Source: Tubulanus polymorphus
Taxonomy: Eukaryota > Animalia > Nemertea
DNA: 64,000 nt
Assembly (NCBI RefSeq): GCF_964204645.1
Contig: NC_134028.1
Coordinates: 20,642,345 to 20,706,344, forward strand
Direction: 5' to 3'
In this document: piece after piece, positions 11,920-24,385 of the stretch
How the letters are laid out: every line of letters begins with the position of its first letter
How positions within the stretch are numbered: position 1 is the stretch's first letter
The notes under the pieces: model-generated
Told to the model about the DNA's origin: nothing
Databases searched by the model: none
What the model saw: only the letters and a program-made list of their open reading frames with translations
Translations under genes and position numbers: made by a program

Positions 11920-13912
11920 TTACAAATGAATGAGTTCCTTTTCTGAGTTGTAAGCAGCGCTGTTTGGACGACCGGTTTTAGGGATTAGATTCATCCAATA
12001 ATCTCTACCGTGTCTGCAATAAATATAAGAGCATGATATATAAAGAGACGCTTCCGCGCAATATGGATACTGGTATAAAACCGTCAGGATTATACGGCTA
12101 TCGGTTTACTTTTGACGATCATGTTCATATACACTCTGTCCATATCCAGCCGCGAATGGTAAATTATGATCTTTTCCGGGTGGTCTGAATCCTCGTTCCT
12201 CTGACAACTGTAATTATAATGGGAATTATCATGCGAATGGATTTCCCAATGTGATTTGGATATCGAAATGCAATGCAACATTTCGTGTACAAACCTCTTC
12301 GGCCATTTCACGAATATGATAACTCTCGAATCCGCAACATCCTCCGATGTACCTCACTCCAAGTTCATAAGCTTTACGGGCATAGTCTCTACATTCCCAA
12401 CGAGTAAGAATGCGTGGTTCCATCGCTGAAAATGAAAAAGCATCTAAATATTACTTATTTCAATATCGAGACGATCCAATTGTTATTTCAGCTCACCTAA
12501 CAAGTACTCGGGTAGTTGAGAATATCCTTCAACTAGATACTCAGTTTCAGGAGAAAGGAATCCGATTGGCTGCATCATCAGAAATGGAGATAAACCAGCT
12601 TCATTCAGGGCATCTTTCATCAATTTCATCGTTTTCAGTTGCGCGTTATAATCAAACTGGCAATTTAAACCCACAATATCGGCCCCTGGGTGATTGAAAA
12701 CAAACACCTACGATTATGATTAAATAAACTTTGCACGACATTGAAACATGTTTGAAAAATAACACATATCAGGAGGGATGTAACCATTGAGTGAAGGAAT
12801 GATATTACACCTCGTTTAGCCATTCTAACTGCACATTCTCCTGCACTGATTCCATCCATACACCCAACTGGACCTATTCTCATCGTACACGCTATAGGTT
12901 TGTTGTATTTCTTCATGACATCAATCGCCCACTCCATCTCTTCGATTGAACAGAAAAACTGGATTCGAAAAGTATATGTATACATTCTACAGTGTTATAC
13001 AAAAATTCGATTCGTTGATAGTGAAATTCTAATGTAAAATAGCAATGAATACCATCTTTGTCTTGAATAGTAGAATTTTACCTCCGCTATAAAGAAATCG
13101 ACATCCTTTTCTTTGAACACTTGGCATTGCTTTTCGAATTCTGCTTGAACTGCTGCCTTCCCTTTTCCAGCTGTATATGTCGGTGTAGGCGACAAACCTC
13201 CGCAAACTAGTAGATTGTATGATGTGGCAACATTACGTGCAAGATCGCACGCCGCGTGGTTTATTTGAGAGGTCTAAGATAAATACATTATAGATATGTA
13301 CATCATTACCAAAGCACTAACCATTCAGTACAATTTGTGTCACTGAATAGTTGAATAAGAGTGAGAGAGTGAGATAGATAAAAACCACAACCTACGTTAT
13401 AATTTTTTGCCGACTCACTACATTGAAGCATTCCATCCGTCGCGTGAAAGGTGAATGCTTGCATTACATCAGCTCCAGCTCGAGCAAATTCTTTATGTAA
13501 ACCACTGACTGAAAAATGGCAAATTAATGATTTTTCTTTTATCGGCTAATCCGTTTTGACTTGAAGATAACCCAACGGTTATTTTAAAGGACTTTTTTTC
13601 TGGCAGATGCCTCGTAGTTCTGGCAGATGCCTCGTAGTTCGTCATTGTTTAAATTCAAAATGGTGCCCACAAAACTATAGATTTTGTTGCAGGCAGGAAG
13701 GTGTGCTAAAATTGATCGGGTAAAGTTGGGCTGTGAATAGAATAATTCACAAACATGTAAAACCTACCGGCGTCAGGATGTTCTAGAACGCATTCAGGAG
13801 TATACAGCCCAGCAGTCACATATCCTCTTTTTTCGAATGTATTCATGTAACTACCGTCGCCAATGATTATGCGTTTTGCTAATATCTCCAGTATATTCGG
13901 TTTAGCTGCCAT
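11920..13912 (-). CDS. BHMT: Betaine/S-methylmethionine--homocysteine S-methyltransferase family protein, copy 1, intact, 369 aa
   Basis: Eight exons with consistent phases: 13912-13768, 13508-13396, 13273-13082, 12958-12811, 12685-12497, 12425-12295, 12207-12110, 12013-11920. Motifs [41 protein letters not shown] and the Zn-binding YIGGCCGF. Confidence 0.93.
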
Positions 13913-14137
13913 ATATAGTATTTTGCAAATAAGGCCACCTTGAATCGTTTAACGTTTGACAAAGATTTCCAAACTGGTCTATGAATTTTACAGAAAACAC
14001 ATTCTACTATATATTAGGTCAACCATCGTTGTCCCATTTGATGGTTATAGAAATTGATTGCCTTGATATACATGTCACGCGTATATTCTGTTGTTGTTGT
14101 TCTATGAGGTTCCGTCTAGGCAACTTGAATGAGAGTT

Positions 14138-15082
14138 TAGCTCAAGTAGGGTATTGCATAGTATAGTTCCTTCGCGTATGCTTACTGCGTTGTTCAGTTT
14201 ATGTGTATCCCAAAGAAAGTTGTAATGTCGACACATTCACATCGCCAGCCATTAACATTCCATGTGTCAACGTGTCGACGTATCTACCAACCAACAAATT
14301 AACTATTAACGATCTATTAACCTCATACACCAAACACACCACGTGACCAAACACATGAAAAACCGCATACTTATAATACAAATTGCATTTCTATTTTTCT
14401 TTAGTCAATTCCAGTTCTCTGATATTAGTTTCAACACGGTTAAGCATTCAAATTCACAGGAGATTCATTATTTATTTTCATCACTGTCATCGTGAGATGC
14501 GCCTCCCAAAAAATAAACGTGGGGACGGTGAAATATGGCATTGTTCACATTGCTACAGAACGACGTCGATACGTGCCGGCTCTTTTTTTCAAAATCAAAA
14601 AAGAAACTTTCGCAGCTGATGCTTATAGTTTACTGTTTCGGTGTAGATTTACTTCTCTTGTTTGTTTGTGTTTTGTGGTCACCCGTCAACCAGTCAACCC
14701 ACGATGCCTGTACATACATTTGCGACAACATTGCAACGTGTTGTCCGTCGACCGTCAACCAGCGGATGATATAGGTCTATGCACTCTATCGTCTCTCATT
14801 TTGTCACCACGATCCTTGTACATAAATTGGCGACAACATTGCTTCGTGTCATCCGTCGACCGTCAACCTATCATCTCTTGAATGGGCCAACCAACAAACA
14901 ACCAACTGTAGTCAACTGTCACTAGTCGTCGGTCAACCTGTACATGAACTGTTCCTTTGCTTCGCATCAATACCCAATTATCAATGTATTCATGCGCCAA
15001 TGTATTAATGCGCTGATACATTAACCGCACAACTTATTAACTCTACGCCAAGGCACTATACTATGCTATACGACTTGGGCCC
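14138..15082. mobile_element. Non-autonomous DNA transposon with imperfect ~40-bp TIRs
   Basis: Left end GCTCAAGTAGGGTATTGCATAGTATAGTTCCTTCGCGTA matches the reverse complement of the right end TACGCCAAGGCACTATACTATGCTATACGACTTGGGC. Internal CCGTCGACCGTCAACC repeats. Absent from the unit 2 intergenic region (~44985-45050). Confidence 0.65.
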
Positions 15083-15756
15083 CTGTTCACGGTGTCGAAT
15101 ATCCGCGATATCATAAGCTGAGATCCTGCCCTTTCTGATGATATCGACGAACACTATCAAGTCCATTCAATTTGATCATGTATAAAGGTTTATTAAGGTT
15201 TTTATGGGTTCATACGAAATTCCTGGATGCTGCGGGGACCTGCTGTTTGAGGGATGATTTCTCAAGGATTCTAGATTTTGGCAATTTGGTCGGAAGCCTT
15301 CATGAGTTGATAATTATATTATGTGTTTTTGTACGATATAAATTAGTTGCATCATATCTATAGAACTAATTACTGGATGTAATTAATCTAGTATTGTTAA
15401 TTCGTTGCTGATTTTAATATGTCAATTAGATCTTAATCGATTTACTCAATTACAATAATTAGAACAGCATTGAATTAGTTTACCTTCACAGAAGTCGAAA
15501 ATGTGTAATTAAGTAATTAATGTCAGTCGCCAGTGTTTTATTAATGAGATGTGCTCCTCTCTCACGTGTCGGGTTTGAGTGACAGATGATCCCGGTATAA
15601 AACAATCTGATGCGACATCAACAAATCAGTTCAGCCAATGACTAGTCATCATCATCACTTTCATTGGATTAGCGGATAATCAGTAAGCGCGGGATTAACG
15701 AATTAACATTCAATCGATAATTTACGGATTACCACTCATAGGATTTAAAGATTACA

Positions 15757-16043
15757 ATGGATTATTACACCCTTAAAACGATTGTGTTGATTTCAGTAAT
15801 CTATTTAGTAACGGGTTAGTCTTCATATCTTATCGATAATGACAATAAAGTTATTAAATTATCAGATGTTAAATGATAATATTGAAATGTTGTTTTTCAT
15901 CAATTAAAGGTTGTAAATATCGGAATAAAGAATATAAAAGTGGAGCTGAATGGATTGACGAAAAAAATCCCTGTAAACAGCACTCGTGTTCGGTAAGTAA
16001 ATTGAATCTGGATTTCTCAAATAATATGTCACGTCTGAAATAA

Positions 16044-16142
<99 letters not shown>

Positions 16143-19055
16143 ACTGCTGATAGCTACGACCCAGTCCCATCTGCGTTAAAATCTAATTCATTAAACTTAC
16201 AGAAAAACATCTGATTCTGACTCACTAGATCCTGATTGCTTTACATTATCAAAGCAATGGTTTAATGTTTCATGATATTTTTTTCAGTCCGGTGTTCTGA
16301 CTCTAAGTAAAGTACAATGTCGCGCGGGATGTCGTGAACAGATATATAAACCGGGTCAATGTTGTCCGGCATGTAGCAGTGAGAAAGAGAACACTTAAGG
16401 ATGTGTTCTGAATGGAATAACCGTCGAAGATGGGAAATCATTGACAAAACCCGGTGAAAAATGTACATCATGTAAATGCCAGGTATAAATGAATAATCAT
16501 GTTTAGTTCTAAAAATTTTAAGCAATTCATACGTATTTCACTGATATACACACGTTCAATTTCATATAATATAAATATCATTGTTTTCGATGTATTTCAG
16601 TCGGGTGAATTGACGTGTATTCGGAAAGTTTGCGCAGTTTTAAATTGTCCACAAAAATATCAAGTACACGAAGAAAATGAGTGCTGTCCAATTTGTAAAG
16701 GTAAATAATCTTTCAAGATGTCCTGGGAACATGGGTTCGAGTCCTGGCGCGGTGGCATAATTATGTTTGGTCATAACTGCATCTCTTATGTACCCTCTCT
16801 TAATTAATTGGGGGGGGGGGGAAGAAACATCGATCCCTCACGAATTAAGAGGGCTCAACGGATTGAGGCATAAACAACATAAGTTCTTGTCGTTTAATCT
16901 ACAATATTTGATTTTTCTTGCAGGTAAAGAAGCCGCATCGGTCAGTTCTATTCACGGCAGTTGTTTATTTCGCGGTCATCTTCATCAAGAAAATCGACAT
17001 TTCATGCCGGATAAATGCACGAAATGTTCTTGTTACAAGGGCGGGATGCAGTGTTATCGTAAATCGTGTCCAGATCTGAATTGCCCGAAACAATTCTTGG
17101 TCTACGATAAGAAATCGTGTTGTCCGAAATGTAAGCGTCCGGCTGGATGTGCATACAAAGGCAAAATGTACAAGGTAAATATCTGACTATTTGAGTTAAG
17201 GGCACATGACTCTTATTGTGAACATATATTCTAATAACCGTAGGATAAGCATAGACGAAATATCCCTGTACATTGTAGTATATTTTTCATAAAAGAGCAA
17301 GAAACTGTCTTTTTAAATTTGAATTAAATCTTTATCTTTAATGCTAATCTGTCCTTTATTCCAACCTTGAACTCAGTAGTATTCTATTTACAGATTGATC
17401 AGATCCGGAAGGATGGATCCTGTACTGATTTTAGTTGTAAAGATGGGAAATTCACCTGCCAAGAAATAACGTGTGGTTCAACTCCTAAATGTTCACAGGT
17501 AAATATCTTAGTTTCCATGGCTGAAAACCTGGTAAAATTGAGGAATTAATATTAAGATCATTATTGATTGAAAAAACCAATAATTATTGTTCTATCATTT
17601 CTTGAGTGAATACCTACTCGATGTTTCGACCATATCCTAATACTTGTTTGCAGGGATACTTTCGGGCTGTTTTTATTCTAAATATGGGGGTTTATTTTAG
17701 TTTGATATGTTTTAATGCTGCCCGTCATCCATTCTTGGAGGGTTTTTCGATGGCGTTTAAATCATTTCATATTTTCGTGAAATCATGAAACTTGAATACA
17801 TTATATCTTTTCATTTTTTTCAGAAATCTATTCTCTATCGGTCTGAAGGAGAATGTTGCCCTCTATGTGTCGCGGCTCATAGTATCTGTTCAGTTACTAA
17901 CTCGAACAAGGATTATCTATCGTACGCTTCGTTTGACGGGTTCAATTACAAATTCGGCGGAACTTGTCGCTACACTTTACTTCAAGACGTCGCAGATCGT
18001 CGGATTATCATCCGCGTCAAAAATGAGTATCATCCGCATCCGACTGTCAGAACTAAACTCGTTACAATCATCGTATCTTCGTTATCTATCGGGCTTCATC
18101 GAGATCTGGATATCAGAGTGAATCGTAGTAAAATCGCTGTTCCGTTCAAACATGAAAACTTTACTATCGAAGTCGTCAAAAACGCGACAGTGGTCGTGAA
18201 TATGATAAACGGATTCAGATTAACCTGGAGTAAACAAGGCGATATCAATGTTTACGTAACTGCGAGTAAGCAGAATAAATTAGGCGGTCTTTGCGGTAAT
18301 TTCAATCAAGTCGTAAAAGACGATAGTAAAATGAAAATCAAGCAGGAAATTGTCTCAGACTCGGAGGTTTTTGCCAAGTCGTGGCGAGTCGGTGGTAAAT
18401 GTAACTGCGACGAACCGTTTAATAGTAGAAAGTCGTCGTGTAAAACTGTGGATCAGCGAGTTCGCGCTCATCAGAAATGTGCTGTCTTAAAGAGTCCGGC
18501 GTTCAAAAGATGCCACAAGAAAGTCCCCGTCCAACCATTCCTCAGGTAAATATCAACTTCTTTAGCAAAGAACCTATTACGCGTTGGGGAAAAGGTGGTT
18601 AACGAAAAAAGAATTTGTAAAATTCACGACCGAATTAACCAGTTTCCTCAGTTGGCTGGTACCGAATAAGGAACAGTCCATATCTCATAGAAACAAGTTA
18701 CGAAACTCATAAAATGAAAACTAGTTTGATACTGATCTGATTTGTTATCTATTTTATTTTCAGGGCTTGCACTGATAACGTTTGCGAATGTCCTTCGGGT
18801 AAAAACTGCGAATGCGCCATCGTGAAGTTTTACGTGAAAGAATGCGCCGAGCACAACATACAACTCAAACTACCTAAACAATCTCAATGTGACCATTCTA
18901 TTCGGCAGAAACAACACGACTCTAACTCTTCAAAGAAGAAGAAGAACTTGAAGAAACAAAACAAGCAGAAAAGAAGAGGAAAAATGCCGTTGTTGTTACG
19001 ATCATTGGGAGGTGTTGTAATTGGTGATGAGTTCGAGAACGCCATATTGGATTAG
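15757..19055 (+). pseudogene. BMPER/Crossveinless-2-like gene (signal, 4 vWC, vWD, C8-like, basic tail), copy 1, premature stop
   Basis: Exons 15757-15814, 15910-15992, 16288-16482, 16601-16700, 16924-17174, 17394-17498, 17824-18545, 18764-19055. CCP.C vWC ends; vWD motifs SFDG..Y.F.G.C.Y.L and GGLCGNFN. In-frame TAA at 16396-16398, where copy 2 has AAT; W>R and C>F in vWC4 relative to copy 2. Confidence 0.8.
16045..16149. repeat. (CTG)n microsatellite, 35 triplets including 3 CTA variants
   Basis: Read directly; lies in intron 2 of the vWC gene. Confidence 0.95.
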
Positions 19056-19802
19056 AACGGGCGAGATCCTACATAATGTTAAAACCTGTTCTAAAAGAAT
19101 GTTGACTTTAAGATTAGTAAAAAAATTCAGAATGATTGAGTGAAAAAAATGTTTGTGTCTAGTGGAAAAATTATTGATATGATAATTGATTCTCGGTGTT
19201 CTTTTTTCTGTTGCTGCTGCTGCTGCTGTTGATGATTTTGTTATTAATTAAAATTTTTATTTCAGAGTTTTTGCCATTTCAGGATTTATAGTCATTTCGT
19301 AGAAAATGTAGAATATTTCTATATTTTTGTGGCATTGTTTTCAATGCCTTTATCTCTAACATTGCTTTACATATGTATATATACACTGTACGATTTTGTT
19401 ATCATATTGCGACTTTGTTTTGCAGGTTGTAATTAGTATGTTTTTGTAAATTTTTGTATTTTTATATAATTCTTTAACTCAAATTCAACGTCTTGACGTT
19501 TGTAATGTTACAACTATTATATACTGTGCTCTTATAATGAATTTAAATTCTATTGATTTGTTACTTAAATATCTGGTTTTTTTCAGGATAATTTAAATAA
19601 TCGTATGTTTTTTATAACATTTGTTTGAAATAAAACATTTGATATCATTTATAAACAATTTGTCGTCAAACTTCACTTATCCGCAATATCAGCATCGTGT
19701 CTTGAGTAGGGTGGTGATACTCGAACATCCCCGGGCGCGGTCGCAAAAAGGGAATTGTAGAAATTTTAACTAGTTTTTTCTTTTGAAAGGCAAATCAAAA
19801 TA

Positions 19803-19957
19803 TAAGTGGAACACAGCGAACTTCACGGGACCAGAAAATATGTTCGTTATAACCGATAGTTATAACTAGTATGAAATCGATAACATTTTCTTACTTGGAA
19901 CGGAATTCTTCATATTTTTGTTGTCAACCGAGTTCGAAATAACGAGGTTCCACTGTA
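19803..19957. mobile_element. Tc1/pogo-type MITE remnant
   Basis: TAAGTGGAAC...GAGGTTCCACTGTA inverted ends with internal GTTCGTTATAACCGA-type repeats; paralogue at ~48352-48503. Confidence 0.45.
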
Positions 19958-20803
19958 TTTCTGAATGCATTTTACCAGCCTTTGCCCCTAAAAACTTTAG
20001 AAATCAAATCATGAAAATAATGTTCAAGTTCGATCTCCTGCTGTGTATGCCTGTTTAACCAAACAATTCTCATCGATGAGCAGGGGTTTTATTACAGGGA
20101 TGCATATTTGATATTGTATATTTCATTTTGTCAGGGGTCGCCGGTCGTTACAGGGCGCCCACAACTTGCGAGGGTCGTGTATAGCTATTATTGTACATGC
20201 CGGGGCCACCAGTTGTCCTCGCGGGATATATTCTGCCGAATATTGAATCAGCCGTAAACATTCAAAAACAAAACTTGATTCTGATTGGGGGGGTTTATAA
20301 ACCTGCTGATATCAAGACAATCCGTCTGAAGCCATCTTAAAAACTTCCAAAAATATCTGGACTCACGTGAAAAGGAGGTAGCCACTATAAACAGATTTAG
20401 AACGAAACAAAATGTGAGAGATAGAATTGAGCTAATTTAAGCCCCATCAATTTATCTATAGACTATTCTGAAAAAAATGGGATACAACGAATATCAATTA
20501 GCTTCTAACACCTGCAAAAACAATTCGTTTACTTCACAAAACTACAATAAACGAAACACTCTCGTGCTTAAAGGATTTCAGTATCTTCAGGTCGAGTCAT
20601 TAAATTAGATTTGATATTCAAAAGCAGCTAGGATGACTTGTATTCTGAGAGACAATACTTTGATGAATATCAACAGTTCGATTGACACATGTTTATGGGA
20701 TTCTAAGTCTATAACAAACGACTGCTTTGAGTTCGGGATTAAGTTATTTCTATGCGGTATTTTGTCTCCGAAAGCTCCTCTATCAAAAAGGAATTAAGTC
20801 TGG

Positions 20804-20890
20804 TATATATAAACAGAGATTAAAATCGAAACATTCAACTCTCATCGCGAAAGCTTTTCGACTTGTCACAGAGTGAAAGATTCCGTAAGT
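20804..20890 (+). promoter_or_regulatory. TATA box and non-coding exon 1 of the peptide gene
   Basis: TATATAAA at 20806-20813, GTAAGT donor at 20885, acceptor TTGATTACAG ending 21373, AATAAA at 21661. Conserved in unit 2 (~49393, 49472, 49960). Confidence 0.6.
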
Positions 20891-21386
20891 AGATATATGT
20901 TCTTTGTTTTTAGTTTTACTGTATTTTTGTTGAAAGTGTAGCATTCAATCCTTAGTCAAATTATAGAAAATAGAAAGATTGGCCAGTTTGTTTGACTACA
21001 TCTACCTATCATAGAATCGAAAGTGTAGTTGTTAACATATTTAACACCATTCTGAAGAATGGCCAATTCTATTCTACAAGAGGGAATACATTACATATAT
21101 ATTGGTAACTATTGACTTGGTCAATGTTGACCTCATCATTCAGAGAGCTAATATCAGTGCAAATGAGTCAACCCCTGATCAACTCCGCGCCCATATCGGT
21201 CATTTCGATTTTTGGCGAGTATAGCGTAATTTCAGAGGTTGATTTTGACCAGTTTCGAGACAAATTATCTGTTCCGTTCTCGGCAGTAAACCCGGCTTCA
21301 GATGGGATTGGCGGTATATCGGGGGTTTACTGTATTTTTTAAATGATAATAATCTGTAATTCATTGATTACAGACGAATCGGTAAA

Positions 21387-21626
21387 ATGAAATTGTCGGC
21401 AGTTTTTGTGTTGTGTTTTTTACTGGTGGTCGCCGTTACTGGTGATCAAATAGAACGAGCTCTCCGAGACGCTGAGACTGCTGGACACGATCCGCTGGAG
21501 TTGATGGAGGCCAGACGAACCGTTCAACTGATGAAACGAGGATGGTTCAAGAAACTCTGGAAAGGAATCAAGAAACACTGTTCTATTGGTTACAACCGAG
21601 GCTTCACAGCTCAATGCAGTGGTTAG
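21387..21626 (+). CDS. Prepro cationic antimicrobial/cytolytic-type peptide, copy 1
   Basis: 19-aa signal peptide, acidic-leaning propiece ending in KR, mature GWFKKLWKGIKKHCSIGYNRGFTAQCS(G) with an amphipathic helix, two Cys and a C-terminal amidation Gly. Confidence 0.88.
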   Translation: MKLSAVFVLCFLLVVAVTGDQIERALRDAETAGHDPLELMEARRTVQLMKRGWFKKLWKGIKKHCSIGYNRGFTAQCSG

Positions 21627-21752
21627 AATAATGAAATATGCTAAAACATTTAAAAACATGAATAAATAAATGTTAATCGAGCAGCAATTGAATACACCTT
21701 GAGTTTATTCAATCCTATGTTCAGATGATCAACAATCATAACAATTCAGTCA

Positions 21753-21978
21753 ATATTCAACGCCCCCTGGTGACCATATACAAAAACCAATGACCTTGAA
21801 ACTCACAATCATGGAACATGTCAGCAGCTACGATTTTGTAATCGATAATATGATAAAAAATATGCCTAAGTACCAATATAATATGGAAATGCTAAGCATT
21901 CTACTATTCAACGCCCCCTGGTGATCATATGCAAAACCCAATGACATCGAAACTCAACACAATTATAGAACATGTCAT
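21753..21978. repeat. Two ~152-bp-spaced repeats with a CGCCCCCTGGTG core
   Basis: TATTCAACGCCCCCTGGTGA(C/T)CATAT at ~21754 and ~21904; again at ~50341 and ~50492. Confidence 0.7.
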
Positions 21979-23450
21979 ATCTACAACGGGCGCAAAACGA
22001 ACATCATAGAGCAAAAACGAAAATTTTCCTCAAAAACTTCAAAAATGTGTGAAAAGTGCTGATTTTGGCGTACAACAATGGCTGTGCCAGTAGGCCATCT
22101 TGATTCTACCAAGGCCGGTTTTTGGGCTGAAGATGTGTCTTGGGTAGATAGTATAGTATAGTAGTTTATTTGTCACCATCAATATGTACAAATGAAAAAT
22201 AACAAAATAGGTTATTTAAAGACAATGAGGTGGCCGGAGTCTGAATAGATACATATATAACCCAAATATCGAGACATTACATTGAAGCGTCTTTTCCAAA
22301 AATTTCCAAAAATAAATGGATTCCGTCTACCAGTAGATACGTGAAAGGTCGAGACGGGAATGGTGTCCAAGGAGCTGCCCTAGAAAGTAGGGACAGATGT
22401 AATGGGTCGAGACGGGAACATGGTGTCCAAGGGGATGTCTAGAGAAGAGAACCTGACTAGAACAGCGCGTAGTCCTACGAGAAAGACAACGTGTCATAAG
22501 TTTATCAATTATATTCATTTTTCAGAAAAATTCATACACTCTTGACTTAGAAGAATTACATTTGAATTGATAAATGGCAAAATAAAACATAAGCAAAAAG
22601 CCCCCGAACGTGAATTTTGAGAGATTTGAATCGTGAAACTCGATTTGTAGAAACCAAATGTTAAACTCGTGTCATTCATCGAATATTTAATTACAATAGG
22701 AAAGTTTCCAGTTACCAGGTGCCATTTTCAGCGTGTCTCACATTGTCGCGCAGATTTTAACATGTTCAAAACTAAAACCTTTAGTGCGATTAATTGTCGT
22801 CCATCCCTTCTTAGGCACAAAATCTAAACTTTTGAATCGTAAGAAAGTTGACAATGTTTTTTTCTTATTATTTATTTCATTTTTCTCGGCTGCAACAATC
22901 CGATACAAAAAAAGATGCGCGTCACTTTTAGGAAGGCGCCTCAAAAAAAATTGGTAATTCTGTGTTATTGGCTGTAACTTTTAAACTTTCCGAGATACAA
23001 TTTAGAATTTTTCACTTAAGATAGAGTTTCATCTGAGGATTTTGTTTATACTGCAATCGTAAAACTATCTTCATAGAAACGCGCGTGGCCACGGGTTGAT
23101 CAGTGCAAAGCGTGCAAGTGGTCGACCGTCGATTTTCTGCATACGCGGGTTAAGCTATTTTCACGGCAATTTTCAAACTTTTAAAGATTTTCAAGATCAA
23201 AATTCCATGTTGAATTGATCAGCTCATATATAAATGGTATATAGTTAATTTGTATTTGCGACACACCTCTACTAGGTCAAGGTCGGTGGAGACTAATGAT
23301 GGCGGCTTGTCAAAAAACTGAAAATTTTCACTTTAAAGACGATTTTACAGCTTGATGAGAATCAGTTGATACGACTGGTATTCACAGTTTGACTGAGGCC
23401 CAGTTGTCCCCGGCCCCTATTATGAATAAACAAAAAATAAACAATTTCAG

Positions 23451-24114
23451 ACTTATTTCCCGTTCGCATTGCTTTGTGGGAGTTTTTATAACAGTTGATT
23501 TACAGTCGGGCTCAGTTAAACCTCGTCTCAAAAGAGAACCACTGTCACAGTATTTAATACCGTACGCCTTCAGGTTTAATTCACTCGTCTGTAAGAAATA
23601 TCTCGGCGAACAGGAATGTGAAAAATGGCGTTCGTTGCCGGACAGCCAGACGCAGCTGTCAGTGACAGCCGGAAGACACGCCCACACATCGGTCACACCT
23701 ACAGGTATCAGCTCTCTTATTGAACATGTCAAGTTGAAACAAATCTTTTTTCTGGCGTTTCTAAACTGTTTAATTAGTTTTCTAACGCAGATGAACCGAA
23801 TTACTCGTTATCGTTGAGATTGGGGTCTCGTGCAGTTGTTTGAGTGGAGGACTGGGAACCAAGAGGTCCCTAGATCGAAAGCACATCTGGCTGTCCAGAC
23901 ACATGCATGGACTAAGCTCTGGTAACTCTTTCAGGTTGTGAGCCATAACAACCTATAAAAAGGCCTTGGTCGTCTCTTAAGAATCACAGGGTTACACTGT
24001 TACTTGCTGCTGGGATCCAAAACTCTTCTTATTACACGCTAGGTGGCGTTACGGCAATAGAAACTTGTCCTATTGTCCTATGTATTGGACACCGTCTGAA
24101 ACAACTGGAAGCTC
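23451..24114 (+). pseudogene. Degenerate class B GPCR N-terminal exons
   Basis: ORF 23389-23817 reads through LVCKKYLGEQECEKWRS; the hormone-binding exon is SINE-interrupted; donor at 24115. Confidence 0.6.
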
Positions 24115-24385
24115 GTAAGTATCACCTGCTAAGAGGTTCCCGGGTACTTGTAAGTAATTTCCGCACACCCCTTTTGGGGGAACTGTAAACTGCAAATCGT
24201 CAATGAAATCAATACATCACTAAATTCATTTCTAATGCCAAAAGAATTATTTATTTGCATTTTCAAGCATTGACATAAATTTGAATCGTATAGAACAAGG
24301 AAACGCGAAACCTACAGAATTAGAAAATACATCTTCTAGTATAATGCGATGCTGTTCAAATTATCCATCATTTCTATATACATAT

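Noticed and set aside
13600-13640. 20-bp tandem duplication in BHMT intron 1
   Set aside because: Present only in copy 1; ordinary slippage with no evident function.
16720-16760. tRNA gene suggested by a GGTTCGAGTCC B-box (also the reverse motif at ~453 and ~24607)
   Set aside because: No cloverleaf or acceptor stem; at most a SINE fragment.
21420-21659. 79-aa minus-strand ORF (also 50007-50246)
   Set aside because: Antisense shadow of the peptide gene; TATA, splice and polyA signals support only the plus strand.
23389-23817. 142-147-aa ORFs (also 51975-52418) as intact genes
   Set aside because: Read-throughs of decayed GPCR exon plus intron; the CC motifs fall out of frame and the next exon is SINE-disrupted.
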